From NCBI RefSeq assembly GCF_009914755.1, contig NC_060929.1: 64,000 bases of DNA; one strand, written 5' to 3'. The notes under the pieces were generated by a model, which worked only from the letters and a program-made list of their open reading frames with translations, ran no database searches and had not been told where the DNA came from. Positions 1-18,179 of the stretch are shown here, piece by piece. The DNA is from the human T2T-CHM13v2.0 reference genome, Homo sapiens. The translations under genes were made by a program, and so were the position numbers. Every line of letters begins with the position of its first letter. The first letter of the stretch is position 1.

Positions 1-305
1 TTTCCAGCTTCTAGAGGCCACCTGCATTCCTTGGCTCACAGCCCCATCCTCCATCTTCAAAGCCAGACTGGGCAGGTCAAGTCCTTCTTACACAGCATCT
101 CTCTAACCTCCTCTTCTGCCCTGGCTCTTGTGGTTGCAGTGGATCCACCTGGATAACCCAGGATACTCTATTTTAATATCCACTGATTAGTCACCTTAAT
201 TCCCTTTTGCCATATAAGGTCACAGAATCACAGGTTCTGGGGATTAAGACAGGGATGTTTTTTGTAGGGGTAGGGGAAGGAGGTGGTCATTTCTCTGCTT
301 ACCAC
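1..305 (-). mobile_element. MLT1 (MaLR) LTR fragment
   Basis: ccagcttctagaggccacctgcattccttggctc...ggttctggggattaagac. Confidence 0.75.
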
Positions 306-649
306 AGCAATTCATTCAGCTATTCTAACTTGATGTAAATGGTACTTAAAAACCATGCATTTTCCTTTGCTTTAATTTTGTGCTAATTGAGAAATCTTCT
401 GTATTTACAGATGTAACACTGAAGATGACCTAAGAATTTGTTTATGATGGACATCATTGAATGTTAGGGCTGTTGCCCACACTCCTTCTACTTTGCACTC
501 CTGTTCAATTTGGGCTTTTGAGTGGATCTATATACCTGTACAGACAACTGATTCTGGTCTTTAGACTTCTCACATCACTTATGATAAATCCATCTAATGG
601 AATTAAGGCTTTTATTAAACCTCCCATCAGTTTGGTTTGTCTGAATTGA

Positions 650-1040
650 TTTCCCCAGTCTGCTAACCCCGTTTTTGGTAACAGCACCCTGATTTTCCTG
701 GGAAGAACCACATTTCCCCAACTCTCAGTCCACGTGCTGTGACTGAGACCACTCCCATCTCCCACTCTAGTGGTGGGCATATGTCCCAGACCTGGCAAAT
801 CAGAGCATTTGCATTTCCCTGGTCACAGTGATTGGTTCAGAGATGGGCATGTGACTGAATCCAGGCCAATGAAATTCCATTCTGTGACTTTTGATAGAAT
901 TGTTGGAAAGCAGGGCTCTTCCTTTTACCAGGGGTTGCTGAGCTGCTGGCCTGTAAGCCTGGACCTCTCTGCTTGTGGTCATCTTGGTTGCCACTTGGGG
1001 AGAGCAGATCTGAGAAGAGAGCCAACGCAGAGATAACAGT
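650..1040 (+). mobile_element. Old MLT1-type LTR fragment
   Basis: ggtcacagtgattggttcagagatgggcatgtgac...ggccaatg motif. Confidence 0.55.
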
Positions 1041-1439
1041 GTGCTGTCACAAAGGGAGATGGTTTCTTCTTGACATTTTTTGAGAACTTTTTTGAGAGGT
1101 TTTCATGCTCCACTGCACTTGGGTCCTTCCCCCATAGTCATGTGTTCCATGCCAGCCTGCTTCTGCATTTGTGATCTATCAAGAGGTGATATTATCACAT
1201 GTGTAAGAAACTGCTGCCTATCCTGATGGAAACCTGTCCACATCAGTCAAGCAGGTCTACTGGGAAATATTTGCTCCATCGAAGGGTGGATGAAACTTCA
1301 CTCACCCTCGGCAGGCTTGTTCAATCCCTTCAGAATGAAACTTCAGAGTAGAAGATGACTGGGAGCCAGGGCTAGCATGGAAAGTGTAAGCCTTCAGAGA
1401 GGGTTAGAATAATTACTATGTGGGTCCCACTTAGTAATT

Positions 1440-2140
1440 GAGATGCAGCTCGGTAAGAAGCCAGGACACATGATTGGGCTTTCTTTCTCTTCTTCTTTTA
1501 CCACATTTTGTGCCATTGAACATGGCCAAAAATAGAATAAGAACGCCAGCATGGTGGTTGTGGATTTGGGGAGGAAAACAGACAATTTAGCAAACACTTA
1601 TCTTGACCTTCCAACATGCAAAGTGCTGAAGGGAAAAGTGGGTAAAACAGGTTAGGCTAGGTTTTGCTGCAGTAACAAATAGTCCTTAAGTCCCAGTGAA
1701 TTTTAACAACAAAGGTTTGTTTCCTACTCAGACTCCATGCCCGTTGGGGGTTGACAATGATACCCAAGGTGACAAAGCAGTCACCAGCTCCAAAGTGGTC
1801 AGTCAGCATCTCAGAGGGCATAAGAACTCTAGGGGCTCCTGTACTGGCAATTAAATGATGCATGTCACTTTCACTCACAGCTCATGGATCAGAACTAGGC
1901 CCGCAACTATAAGGGATCCAGAAAGAACATTCTTTTCATGTGTTGGGAGGTGGAGGCGTTGAAATAATTGGTGAGAAGCACTCATGAGATCCATGAAGTT
2001 CTGGCTTTGTCTTTGATGGAGGGGGGAATAAAATGTAAAAGGGGAATAGAATATGGAAGTGGGTAGAGAGGTGTTGGGGGGATGCTGGGGGTGGAATGAA
2101 CAGGCCCCAGGTCCCTTGAGTCTGTTGTTCAGTATGCTGA
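1440..2140. repeat. Left arm of old inverted local duplication
   Basis: Reverse complement aligns by eye to ~8170-9210, excluding the Alu. Confidence 0.85.
1648..1985 (-). mobile_element. Old MLT1-type LTR (paralogous to 8340-8998)
   Basis: caggttaggctaggttttgctgcagtaacaaat...catgtcactttcactcac. Confidence 0.6.
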
Positions 2141-3066
2141 ACTTCAAGTTACTATTATTGCTTAAAAATGCAGAATTCTTGACTCCACCGAGATGAGAGT
2201 GAATTAGAACTGTTTTCACAAGACCCCTCAGGCGATCTGCATGCATATTAAAGTTAGAAAAGTTCTAATGTGTACACCAGATGAGAATATATTAGGTGGT
2301 TCAAGGACATCATTTTATTTTAATAATTATTTGTTTTATTATATTCTCTCTATAAGTGATACTATTTCTTTCATTTATGGAACTTATATGAGATAGAACA
2401 ATTTATTTCACTAAAATTTAGTCAGTTTAAAGAAAAATATTAAGTAAATTATAGTATAGTAAGTCACCAATACGGGACGGACGAATTGTTAATGATTTGT
2501 TAATGCTCGAAGTTTGGGAAACTCCACCCCACTGGAGATGTCCCAAGCTTCCCCTACCCTGGCCTTCCTACCTCCCAGATGCCCTGGTTCATCAATTCTC
2601 TGTCCACTTGCAGCATGGTGGCTGTGGCTTTGTGGTGACCACAGCTGGTCACCTGTGACCAAGCTTCTACAGTTGCCAGGTGGGAAGAGGCAGCACAATG
2701 ACACACCTGGAGCCTGTGCTTGGAAAGGAAAGTGGCCATTCAGGTTTAAACTACCTGGTGGGTGAGGAGGAGGTCATTTATTTGCAATATCAGGCCTAAT
2801 ATGTTTTAAGAAACGGAATCATCCAGCTAATTTCCTCATTTTCCTAGTTACGTGTATACTTAGGTGTGTATGTGTATACAGCCTGAAAACTCTGTGTTAA
2901 AGATTATCAGACTAAAATCTCAAGTCTCAGATGAGAACAACAATGTTAAGAACATTCCCCTATCAGTTTCCATTTTAAGCTGATCCATTAGAGACAGTGC
3001 CTTTCCAAGTCCTTAGTGGTGGGCGACAATGGCGTCATAAGGTGATGCCTTTGGTATTATTCCTCA

Positions 3067-3885
<819 letters not shown>

Positions 3886-4529
3886 CCCCAACATCCACTG
3901 CAGGGGGAAGGTTGCAGATGCTGACTCCAGCAGCCAGTGGGAACAAGCACAGAACCACTTTCTAAGTTAAGAACCCCCAGCCCCCCTCCACCAGATGGCT
4001 AGGATCCCATGAGTCTCATTGGCCAAGCTTCCACACCAACATCAGTATGATAACCTGTGCCGCTGAGTGCCCTTCACAAGAAAAAGTCATTTTAGCACAG
4101 AAGTCCGTTTTAATGCTATAGATGCCATCTAGATGAAGGACAAGGGACCAAAGGATCTCTCCTTATCAAAGACCTTGTTAGCATAAAACAACCATTTAAA
4201 TTACTCCCCCAGCTATGTCCAATTATTAGCATCTCCCCACCGGGCAGTGGGAAGGGGATCCTAGCTTCTTGCCTCAACTCTAGGTAGGACTCTGGGCTTT
4301 TAGGCAGAGGCATGCGTGGTGGCTTCCTAATCCCCCAAGTCTCCTGGTCCCATTTTGCAACATTTTTTTTCATGTTTATTCATGGACCCAGAGGTGGAAG
4401 GACATCTATTTCCTGCTTTCTGACAATGGTCTGAGACCTGCAGCAAATAAACTCACAGTTCCTGTTTATATTTCCTTAATTATAACAAGCAAAACTTTGT
4501 TCTGGGGCTTTTTGCTGCACAGAAACTCA

Positions 4530-4715
4530 AGTTTGATTTTCCACTCTGTCCTTCTTAGCTGTGTGACCTTCAGCAAGTCACAAGACCTCTCAGAGCCTTG
4601 TTTCCTCATCTATAAAATAGGGATGAAATTCCAACTTTGAAAGATTGTCGTGAGGATTAAATTGTCAAATGATACCATGTACGAAAAACTTCTTGTTCAA
4701 TGACTGCTCAATAAA
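4530..4715 (+). mobile_element. MIR
   Basis: agctgtgtgaccttcagcaagtcac...tttcctcatctataaaataggg core. Confidence 0.75.
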
Positions 4716-4723
4716 TAAATTGG

Positions 4724-5017
4724 GGCTGGGCATGTTGGCTCATGCCTGTAATCCTAGCACTTTGGGAGACCAAGGCGGGAGGATTGCTTGAGCCCAGGAG
4801 TTCAAGAACAGCCTGGGCAACATAGGGAGACCCTGTCTCTATAAAAATTAAAAAATTAGCTGGGCATGGCTGCACACCTGTAGTCCTAGCTACTCAGGAG
4901 GCTGAGGTGGGAGGATTGTTTGAGCCCAGGAGTTCAAGGTTATGGTTAGGTATGATTGCGCCACTGCACTCCAGCCTGGGCAACAGAGAGAGACCCTGTC
5001 TCAAATAAATAAATAAA
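4724..5017 (+). mobile_element. AluJ
   Basis: gcttgagcccaggagttc J-type diagnostics and (AAAT)n tail. Confidence 0.9.
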
Positions 5018-7050
5018 TGGCAACCACTCTGGCACTTTTCTCCTGAATTAAATGTGGTGACCTTGTAATTTTTATTAAAGTTTTGACTTAAATGACATTT
5101 TTATAAGATCTTTTTTCCTGGATTCCTAGGCAGAGACATCACCCTGTCCTTCCTGTCCTCATGTGCCACAGTGGGCAGTTTTGGTTGAGGATCCAGCATC
5201 CACTCCTCCCTCCTCCATCCCAACAGAATCCATTTTCTGGTTTCCATCCTTCCCCTGAGAAGCCCCTGTGTCCCTCTGCACCTGAGCCCACCCCTACCCT
5301 AGCAATGGACCTGACTGGCTTGAGGGATTCCCAATTCCCTTGAGCCAATCAGCATAGTGTTGGCCCAGCAACTGGTATTGGGTAAGGTTGGGTGTGTGGC
5401 CTAAGCTGCCCCACTGGAATGAAGGTACTGAGTGTGCAGTACTCTCTCTCTCCCTAGATGTAACAAATATACAAATCTATTTGCTGCAGACTGCCATATG
5501 CCACAATGGAGAGTCAGACTGAAGTGCGGAGTCAATGTGTGCAGGAGGGCTGAGCCCAGAGCCACAGATAGCACCCTGATCATACCATACCTGAAGCCTA
5601 CACCACCTCCCTATTACTTGAGAATGGGCATCTTCTGATTGTTCAAATCAGTTTGCATCAGGGACAAGCTAGAGGACCCTCTGTGGAGGAATTATTCTCC
5701 TCTATGTAAGTGAGCATATGCTATATAAAAATGCTACGCTCTGTATTGTTCTCAAGCTTACAGAGCACCCTTTGAAGGGTCAGGGCAGGCCTCACGACTG
5801 CAAGACCAGTTGAGTTTAAGGGAAAAATTTGGGGCAAGGATTATGCTTTCTCCTCAAGGAGGTAAGACATCCATTGAAGATAAGACAATGAACCCTGGGA
5901 GAGTTTCAATGGGAAGTGAAGTGAAACACCAACCTCATTTCTACCAGGACCACTAATCCCCTGTGAGAGGTAGCAGGGCGTGAAGAAGACTCATTCAGAA
6001 TCTGGATTCCAATCTAAGTCTGGATTCTGACTCCCTCACTCCCTAGCTGCATACCTTTAGACAAGTCACTCAGTCTCTCCAATTTACCATTTATTGAAAT
6101 GTCTTTAAATATCTCTTATATGCCAAGCACTGTTATAGCTGCTGTCTGTGTATTAGCACACTTAATCCTCATGCCCACAAGGAGGGCACCTTTTACTAAC
6201 AGGAAAACCGACTCAGAGAGATAGATAACTCACCTAGAGTCACAGAACAGCACAAGTAGTACTGGGATTTAAATCCAGACAGTGGATGCCAGAGACATCT
6301 GGTCAACCCCACACTACACTGCCTCCAAGCTTTGAGGAAGCAGCGGTCACCAACCACATCTAAGCAGGAAGCTGAAGGTGAGTGGCAGAGAAGCTTCAAT
6401 ACTCAAGGCCCCTCTGTTCTTTTAACTCACTTCTTCATGTATGTCCAAAACCGTGAAAATGTATGTTCACATTTCCATTTTACAACATAAACATTTGTTA
6501 GGGGCCTCCTAAGTCAGATGTGGCAGGGAGGTGAGTTTCCTTCCCTGCAGTTGCACTTCCCAGTTCTTTTAACACCATTAAGTAACACCTAGACACACTT
6601 CCATTAAGGCCCAGACACAAGAATAGAGATCTCTTCCCGAAAACTACCAGGCGAGGCTGAGGGACCAAGCTCTTTCTTCAAAGGCTCTGGGTCCCCACAC
6701 AGGTCATGTGCCTGGTCAATTCCAACCACAACCGTTCCCTCCAACTTCAAGCTGACCACAGCCAATCAGCCTCATGCTGCAGACCAGCAAACAGTCCCAC
6801 ACCTGAAAGGGCAGCTCCGGCCAGGTCGTCACCTCCAGTGGAAAAACAAGACCATGGGATGCTGGGCCCAACTTTATCATGTCTTAATCCAACAAATAGG
6901 ATGAGTGATAGAGGGTCTGCCTACCTCATACTGTTTGAGGAGGACCAAGGAGAACACTATTAAGTGTTCTACAAATATGGTGGTCACATGATTAGTAGCA
7001 ATTTCAAATTCCTTCTTCACTTTTTAATGCCAATGACAAAAATGGGAATA

Positions 7051-7373
<323 letters not shown>

Positions 7374-7374
7374 G

Positions 7375-7590
7375 AGGTCACAGAGAGCTAGTTAGCTTCT
7401 TCTGTCAATGAGGACACAGTGAGAAGACACCATCTATGAACCAGAAAGCAGGCATTCACTATTCACTGAATTTGCTAGAGTCTTGATCGTGGACTTCCCA
7501 GCCTCCAGAACTATCTGAAATAAATTTCTGTTGTTTATAAGTCACCCACTTTATAGTATTTTGTTACAGCAGCCTAAACAGACTAAAACA
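7375..7590 (+). mobile_element. MaLR LTR 3' part (MSTD/MLT1A-like)
   Basis: ggacttcccagcctccagaact...aataaatttctgttgtttataag...gactaaaaca. Confidence 0.7.
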
Positions 7591-8169
7591 CAAACCGTGA
7601 TATTGGGACATTACTTAGGCTTTGAGGCTCTCAGCCTCTTTGTCTGAAACCATGGAAATAGTGATACTCATGTTATGGTTGTGAGAATCCATTTGGACCT
7701 AAAGTGCTTTTGTGAACATCTTTTTTTGTCTAAGCAGTCATCAGTCACTCCCCTTCTTCCAGAAGCAGCTCCTTGCCTTCCCTCTGGTGAAGTTCCTACC
7801 ACATTCAGTCTTAGTGGGGTTGCCAGTTGAGGAGCCCTGGCCTTCCCTTCTTTGCCAAGGCTGCACAAAACCCAAGCCATGCCAGCAGCCTCTCTGCTGG
7901 GAATCTGAGACCTGCATGACATGAAGAAAGGAAACAATTGGAGCTGAAGAGGCTGTGGTTTGGTCCGGCTGTTGGGAGCTGATCTGATTTCCAGTGGGAG
8001 GCCTGATTCTTCCATTTTCCCTCCAGTTCTGTGAGCTTCCCTGGAGCCTTCTGATATCACCCATCTTTGACTGTTGTTAACTTCCTAAGCGACCTAATGA
8101 AATGATCCTAGAGCTCAGCACAGGAGCTTACCTGATACAAAATACACACGCAGCAAATCAGCTCTAGTA

Positions 8170-9210
<1,041 letters not shown>

Positions 9211-9680
9211 ATGAGGATGTGTAACACACCCTGGGAAGTGCTGTAGTGGTGTCCTGAGGAGGATGGGGCTCTCAGTTGTAGACGGATATCCCATCATTCA
9301 AGAGGGCACTCAGTCAGCCAACAAGTGCTTGGCTTGCACTCTGTGTTGGGTGCTGGGCTAGGTGTAGGCACTCAAGGACCCTCCAGGAGCCCTGAGTCTA
9401 ATGGGGGAAAGTGTGGGTAGGAAACTGACCATCTCTACTCAGCGCTGTTAAGGGCATGAGCCAGCTGGCCCGGGAGTAGAGAGGTGGGAATGACTAACCC
9501 CAGTTTAGGAGGCTCAGGTGACATTTGATTCAAGTCCTTAAAGAAAACAGGCCTTACCTAGGCGAAAACCAGCTTGGGAGCTGAGCAAGAAGCACCAAGC
9601 CTGTTGATGGGCAGAATTGTCGGCTCCAGCTCCTCAGGGGCATTAGGCAGCAGACTCCCTGGAACCACTGTGCTCAGAAA

Positions 9681-9909
9681 GTGTGTGAGTGCTTGACAAG
9701 TTACTTCTTCCTGCGCTTTTTTATTGAGGGCTGTGGATAGGGGCAGCTGAAGAAGCACATTTCCACCAAGGATTTAGAAAAGGGAAGAAACTTCATCTAA
9801 CATGATGCCAAAAGAAATGGGAACAGCCAAGGTTTGCCCCATGGTGTTTGGAGGAAGCTAGGGTCCCCAGGAGCTAGGAAGGTGTGGGGTTAGGACTTGA
9901 GGGGTGAAG
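9681..9909 (+). repeat. Direct local duplication, copy 1
   Basis: Roughly 85% identical by eye to 12938-13152. Confidence 0.88.
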
Positions 9910-10599
9910 AGTATGTGAAATGAAAAGGCTGGAGTGTTGCCTCGGCTTCAGGAGGGGCTGAGGTCACATTGGAATTACCATTTTAACAGAATGCCATAGC
10001 TGAGTGACAGATCACAGGGGTGAGGGGCTTGTGCCAAAAGAGGAGGCACCTCTTATTTTGGCAGACTCTGGAACACCCCTCACAGGAAACCAGTTTACTT
10101 GGGAGAAATTACGCCTTCCTCTCATTTTGTGCACAATGAACGTGAATAAAACGTGAATAAAATGATGAGGTTAACATTCTTTATTACTATAAATGCCAAT
10201 AAACATAAAAAACATGCTCAACCTAGTCAGTAATGAGGGAAATCACGGGCAGTGATTCATACTCGAATTTGTGCAGGACGTACTGCAACCTCTGTCGTGT
10301 TCTTTCCTGCTGGATTTGAACCTGGGAGGATATAGGCTGACATTGGTGCCGCCATCTTGCCACCAGGAGGGGACAGCTTGTCTGAGAATGGAGCCACACT
10401 AGAGAAAGAAGAGGTAAGAGGTGGAGAGAGAGACCATGGCCTGACGGTGTCATTGGAGCCCCCGAATCAAGCTGTACCAGTGGCCAGTACTCCCCAGGAC
10501 CTTTCAGTTATGTGAGCTAAGTTTGAATCAGATGCAGATCACTGACAAGAGTTCTAGCCAATACAAATGCACTGATGGAGGAGCAAACGCTCATGCATC

Positions 10600-10820
10600 T
10601 GTCACTTACTGAGTGTTTACTCCACACTGTTCTAAGCACTTTATATAGATTGCTTGATTTAATTCTCACCACAAGCCTATGAGGTAGGTAGGGCACTCTT
10701 ATTTTCATTTTACAATCAAGGAAACTGGGGATATACACATATGGTTTAAAAACTTTGCCCAAGATCACACAGGCAAGCTTGGACCTAGATGGTCTGACCT
10801 CAGAGCCTGCCCTTTAAACC
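10600..10820 (-). mobile_element. MIR
   Basis: atttaattctcaccacaagcctatgaggtagg...aactttgcccaagatcacacag. Confidence 0.7.
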
Positions 10821-11356
10821 TTATCAGAGCTTTTGGGTCAGGCCATGAAGGGTGGGTGCTTCCTCTGCAGTTGATCAAGGCTGCCTTTGCCTACAGGTTC
10901 GTGCTTTATCATAGCCAGTGGAATCCTGGACATCGAGTCTGTGGGAAAAATCCACAAGATATTTTCAGATTCATTGTCTTTCTACATTTAGAAGATGATG
11001 GTGATTTTCCATCATGCAGTACAATGATATGGGATTAATTTGGTAATTCAATGTTTGTTGTGGGAAGGAATAAATTGTTCTCCATCACTAGGAGATTTTT
11101 GTCAACTCACTTTGAAGTTGGAGAAGCAAGATGCTTGCTTGTTCAATGTGGCATCCACTTCTACTTTGTAAGTTCATATAATAGCTGCTGACGGTGTTTC
11201 CCCATTTGCATTCCCTGAGAAGATGTTATTTATTGTCCCTGATGCTAGAGGAAAAAAATTAGGTCACTGCCTCACGCATCTTCCTGAAACCATCCATAAC
11301 ACGTGCTTCATCAGACAGAGAGAGGCATTTTTTGAAGAAATCATAACCCATGCTAA

Positions 11357-11669
<313 letters not shown>

Positions 11670-12309
11670 TGAGCCATTCTGTCTTAGCCCAGCTTTTCTC
11701 TAAAATGGCTGTGTTCTCAAATGTTTGCAGGTAGCATTCTGAAACAATGTTGAACGTGTTCCTTATTCATGAGATGCTTAACCTGCAGCCCTCTGAAACT
11801 GTAACATCATCATGTTTTATGAAGTACTGAAGTCACACTTGGCCCCTGAAGCATTGATTCTCTGCAGCTCGCCTCCTTCTTGCCATGAGGGGAACATTTC
11901 CAAGATGCCCAGGGTTCACGCTGCCCATCACACATAGTGTGGGCAGACAGACTTGTGCATAGAAACCCTTCCGTAAGCTCCATCTCAAATACTGATGTCT
12001 TGTGGATGACACTGTAAAAACGTCACTGATCTGCTTCATTTCTGCCATATGATATCAATGCGGAGTAAAGAAATTTTTGTTTTTTGTTAGGGGGAAGTTA
12101 TAATCCTTTTGAAATGACTTATTTTAAAAAAATACACAGAACATTAGTATGCGTTTTTTTTGACTCATAATGCACCCAATGCACCCTAAAATAATGTAGA
12201 ATTTTTATCCCTTCTAAAATTAAAAAAAAATCATGTTACATGAAAATCAACTGTTAAAGTCTCTTTGGAAGGACATGCAACATTTATTCTCAAAATATTT
12301 AACTCCAGG

Positions 12310-12834
<525 letters not shown>

Positions 12835-12937
12835 TGAGATGGCTGTCTTTATTATTACCCACCCTTGTGGATTTTCTCCTGGATAAGCTTCCCATAGGAA
12901 CTTAAGGATCAACTTTAGGCCTAAGGTGGGGAAGCAC

Positions 12938-13152
12938 GTGTGAGTGCTTGAAAGGTCACCTCTTCCGGCACCACTTTTTTATTGGAGCAGCTGAAGAAGT
13001 ACATTTCCAGCCAGTATTCAGAAAATGGGAGAAACTTGATCTAACAGGATGCCAAAAGAAATGGGAATCGCCAAGGTTTGCTCCACGGTGTTTGGAGGAA
13101 ATTAGGGGCCCCAGGAGCTAGGAGGTGTCAGGCTAGGACTTGAGCGGTGAAG
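12938..13152 (+). repeat. Direct local duplication, copy 2
   Basis: Shares gatgccaaaagaaatgggaa, ggtgtttggaggaa and ccccaggagctagga with copy 1. Confidence 0.88.
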
Positions 13153-13331
13153 GACACTGGGAGCAGTCATTTGCTTTCAGAAAGATTCCCCTTTAAGCTG
13201 TAAACTTCCCTCATTCATTTAAAACATGACTTCATCATTTTCATGCCACTTTGGGGACCATATTCCAGGTAGACCATGAAGTCTGTTTGTTGGGGCCCTG
13301 ACAGACCCAGAAGAGACTGAGCTTCTCTTGA

Positions 13332-13642
<311 letters not shown>

Positions 13643-15104
13643 GAAAAGCAACATTTTAAGGTAGAAACCAGAGCGCTGCTGGCTCCTGGGAGGAGGTGGA
13701 GGAGCAGAAGAGACCTGGAGGAAAGAGGGGAGAGGAGCAGGCTTGGAGAAAGGGGAGCCTTGGAGGGCAAGGGTATCCCTGAAGGTCACCCTCAGCCGAA
13801 AGGCTTCCAGTGGGTGGGCGAGGACAGGAGAGACGGAGCCCTAGGGCCAGATGAGAAAGGCCCCACACAAATGGTTAAAATATTGCTCAATTCTATTATA
13901 TCATGAAAAAATGGCAGTGACCAGAGCTGCCTGGATTAGGAAAAAAGAGTGTAATTCCATCTTGGGGCTTCTGGTGAGTTGAGCTTGTGGTTCTGTGGTT
14001 TATGATGTCACCAGAACCCCTGGATGGAATTACAGCCTTTTAATTTACAACTTGGTAAGTGGGGAGACTGAGGGTCCATCATGCCTGCTCAAAACGTGGC
14101 AAGGACTCAAGGGTCAAGGTTGGCCTGGGAGGTCAAGTTCTGGGGACTGCCCCCTTGGACCTTTACTGGGTAGATAGCCTTGGTAAAGGCATTTTTCTCT
14201 TCCATCCTCAGTGTCCTCTCTCCCTGTTTCCCTATCCCTCCCTCCTCATTTCCCTGAGTTGCACAGCTTGATTTTCCCATAATTTATTTTATAAAAAGCC
14301 CAAGTTAACCAGATTCCTCTGGCCTTCATGCTCATTTAGCTCACAGTTCAAACCTTTCCATCTCAAGACCCACCCAAGAAAGGCTCACATATGATATCTC
14401 TGACTTCTGAAGGAAGAACCCTACCATGAAGCGGGTGGCTCACTTCTGTCTTTTGCTCTGTTCCAAACCTCCCACTTGACCATACATGCCAAGGTTTGGA
14501 AGTGATGGAGATTGCACTTTAGCTCATCCAGTGACCCAATCTCTGTAGATGAACGTTTGTGGCCTCCTGAAACATGGCAGCATGTGCACCCCCTAGCACC
14601 TTTGATTTTGTGGCTTCTCAGCCTCCCTTTGTTCACCAACTTTTAAACATGTTTTCTGAATATGTACCAGAAGGCCGGGGCTGAGATCTGGGGGTGTAAT
14701 GGAAGGCAAGATAGATGTGATCACTGCCCTCATGAAGACTCCCCCCCAACCACGCCTACCTGCCATGGCCAGCTGGGTGTTGCAGAGATCACAGAGTTCA
14801 TGTGTCCAAGTCTGTATCTCCAATGCTGCTCTTCCACAAGGGGCGCGCATTCAGTGGATGCTACCATCCCTGCCTAGCTGCTCAACCCAGAGATTTAGGA
14901 ATGTCCTGCCTGACTTCTCCCAGTTCCTCAGCCCCATCTTCCAATCCATCAATGAGTTCTGTCCATTCTACCTCCAAAATAGAACTCTTCTATTCTGGAC
15001 CACTTTTCTCCATCTCAAGGGTATCATTTCACTCCACCAGCTCTGACTCACTGCAGCAGCCTCCCGGAGGCACCTCCCACTTCTTTATTTTTCCCTCCCA
15101 CCCA

Positions 15105-15676
<572 letters not shown>

Positions 15677-15699
15677 TGATCTTACAGGATACATTAGAC

Positions 15700-16010
15700 T
15701 GTATAACTTTCAAGCTGAAAACCCTTCAGGAACTTCCCACTGCGCTTGGAATAAAACTCTTACGCAGCCTACATGATCCTGCACCATCTAGCTCTGGCCT
15801 CTCTCCCCGGCTTCCCCTGGAGAGATGCTTTTCCTTGGGCTCATCTGCCTCCACGCCTTTTCACCTTTCAGTTCCATGAGTGCACAATTCACCTTCCAGC
15901 CTTAGGGCCTTTGTGGACACTGTTCCCTCTGCCTGGAACACTCACTCTCCCTTTATTTTACATGGATAATGCCTTTACCTCATCATTCAGATTTATCAAA
16001 AATGTCACCT
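15700..16010 (+). mobile_element. L2 fragment
   Basis: cttagggcctttgtggacactgttccctctgcctggaac. Confidence 0.65.
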
Positions 16011-16557
16011 TCTGGATGACATTATAATATATTGCAAATTATATCGTCTGTTGGATGTTCATCGTGCACATTAGCATTTTAAAGCCCCTGATAAGTCCTG
16101 CAGTAAAGAAGCCTGTTTAGTTTGGTCTCATTTGGCATTTTCCAACTCTTTTTGACCAGGCACTAGTTTTACCTAACACCTATGACTGCCTTTTGATTCA
16201 GGAGTGCTGAGTCACAGTTCTCTCACCTCCACTGAGAACATGAGGTCATAGTCACCTCTTTTTCTTCTTGGCACTTGCAGGTTTCTATACGGTGACTTCA
16301 GAGTCCGTGTTTCCCTGTATTTGACAACTGTAAAGTAAACCTGGAGCCTTACAGCTAACTTTCATGTTGGTACAGATTTTCTGTGACTAGATTCATTTAC
16401 TCTGCCAGCAAATGTTTTTCAGGTACCAAGGTACAAAGTGTTCTGTGAGGCACATTTGGAGGCAAAGAGGTGAATGAGGGATGGACACTTCCTTAAAAAG
16501 CCCATGGGTTTATGTGGGAAGAGTACATGCAAACAAATCACTAAAAAGAGGTAGAAT

Positions 16558-16700
16558 GGCCAGGCATGGTGGCTCACGCCTGTAATCCCAGAACTTGAGG
16601 AAGCTGAAGTGGGAGGATTGCTTAAGCCCAGAAGTTTGAGACCAGCCTCAAACAGGGTAACGAGGTGAGCCCCTGTCTTTATTTAAGAAAAAAAAAAAAA
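16558..16700 (+). mobile_element. Alu left monomer (FLAM-like)
   Basis: Single monomer plus poly(A); aaaagaggtagaat / aaaagatagaat flanks. Confidence 0.8.
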
Positions 16701-17189
16701 GATAGAATGAATAGCAATAAACAGATGCTCCATGTCAGCCCCAGGATGGGCAAAGTACATGCTGTCTAAGGCACACACAAATTCCATGCATTATACCTAA
16801 TGCTCACTGCAGCTCTGCTGTAGAGGGGCTATTTTCCCTTTGTACAGATACAGAAACAGAGAGTCGGAGAGATTTGTCTTTTGTTCTGTATCACACTGTT
16901 AGTGAGTGATGTTAGTGAGTTCAAAAGTTTGAACCATGTCTGGTTCAGACTCTTCTGACTCTGAAGCCCAGGGTCTTTCCAAATACCTGTGCTGCTGCCA
17001 TTTCCTGACCAGGTTTCTCAAGGCCTAAATCCAGATAGTCTCTGAGACTGTCAAATATTAGAGTGGGCTCTAATATTTAAATAAGTACTATCTCAGGAAA
17101 GCTGAGCTGTGATTCTTGTCACTGATGGGAATTGAGAAGAAGACTTTAACCTTAAAAAAGTTATTTTTTTCCTGTTCTTTTAGGTTATC

Positions 17190-17882
17190 TTTATTTTATT
17201 TGTTTTTTTTTTAACTTTTATTTTAAGTTCAGGGGTACATGTGCGGATTTGCTACATAGGTAAACTTGTTTCATGGGGGTTTGTTGTACAGATTATTTCA
17301 TCATCCAGGTATTAAGCCCAGTACCCATTAGTTATTTTTCCTGATCCTCTCCTTCCTCCCACCCTCCACCCTCTGATAGGCCCCAGTGTGTGTTGTTCCC
17401 CTCTATGTTTCCATGGGTTCTCATCATTTAGCTTTCATTTATAAGTGAGAACATGCAGTGTTTGGTTTTCTGTTCTTGCATTGGTTTGCTGAGGATAATG
17501 ACCTCCAGCTCCATCCATGTCCCTGCAAAGGACATGATCTTGTTCTTTTTCATGGCTGCATAGTATTCCATGGTATATATGTACCACATTTTCTTTATCT
17601 AGGCTATCATTGATGGGCATTTAGGTTGATTCCATGTCTTTGCTATTGTGAATAATGCTGCAATGACCATACGCATGAATGTGTCTTTATAACAGAATGA
17701 TTTATATTCCTTTGGGCATATACCAAGTAATGGGATCACTGGGTCGAATGGTATTTCTGTCTTTAGGTCTTTGAGGAATTGCCACACTGTCTTCCACAAT
17801 GGTTGAACTCATTTACACTCCCACCAACGCGTATAAGTGTTCCTTTTTCTCCACAACATTGCCAGCATGGTACTTTTTGACT
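17190..17882 (-). mobile_element. 5'-truncated older L1PA (about L1PA13-16) 3' end
   Basis: Degenerate ORF2 tail (WQFLKDLKTEIPFDP...KTWNQPKCP) plus 3'UTR ttaagttcaggggtacatgtgc and a T-rich tail. Confidence 0.8.
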
Positions 17883-18179
17883 AAAAAAAGGTTATTTCTA
17901 ATTGCCTGAGCAATTCATAAATATGTTCTTTTTATTAAAAATAAAAACATTTTAGATAAGCAAAAGTACTCTGCTATCCTGGTCTCCTCTCTTCTGTGAC
18001 AAAGGTAAACTATGTAATCAATTTGGTGTGTGCTTCTCCAGACCATTCTCTATATATTACTTAGCGCAAATGTAGGCAATATGGGAAATATCACACAGAA
18101 AGATTTACCTTGTAATTTTTCTTCTTTTGCTCAACAGTGTATTTTGGAGCTCTTTCTATGCTAGCATGTATAGCTACAT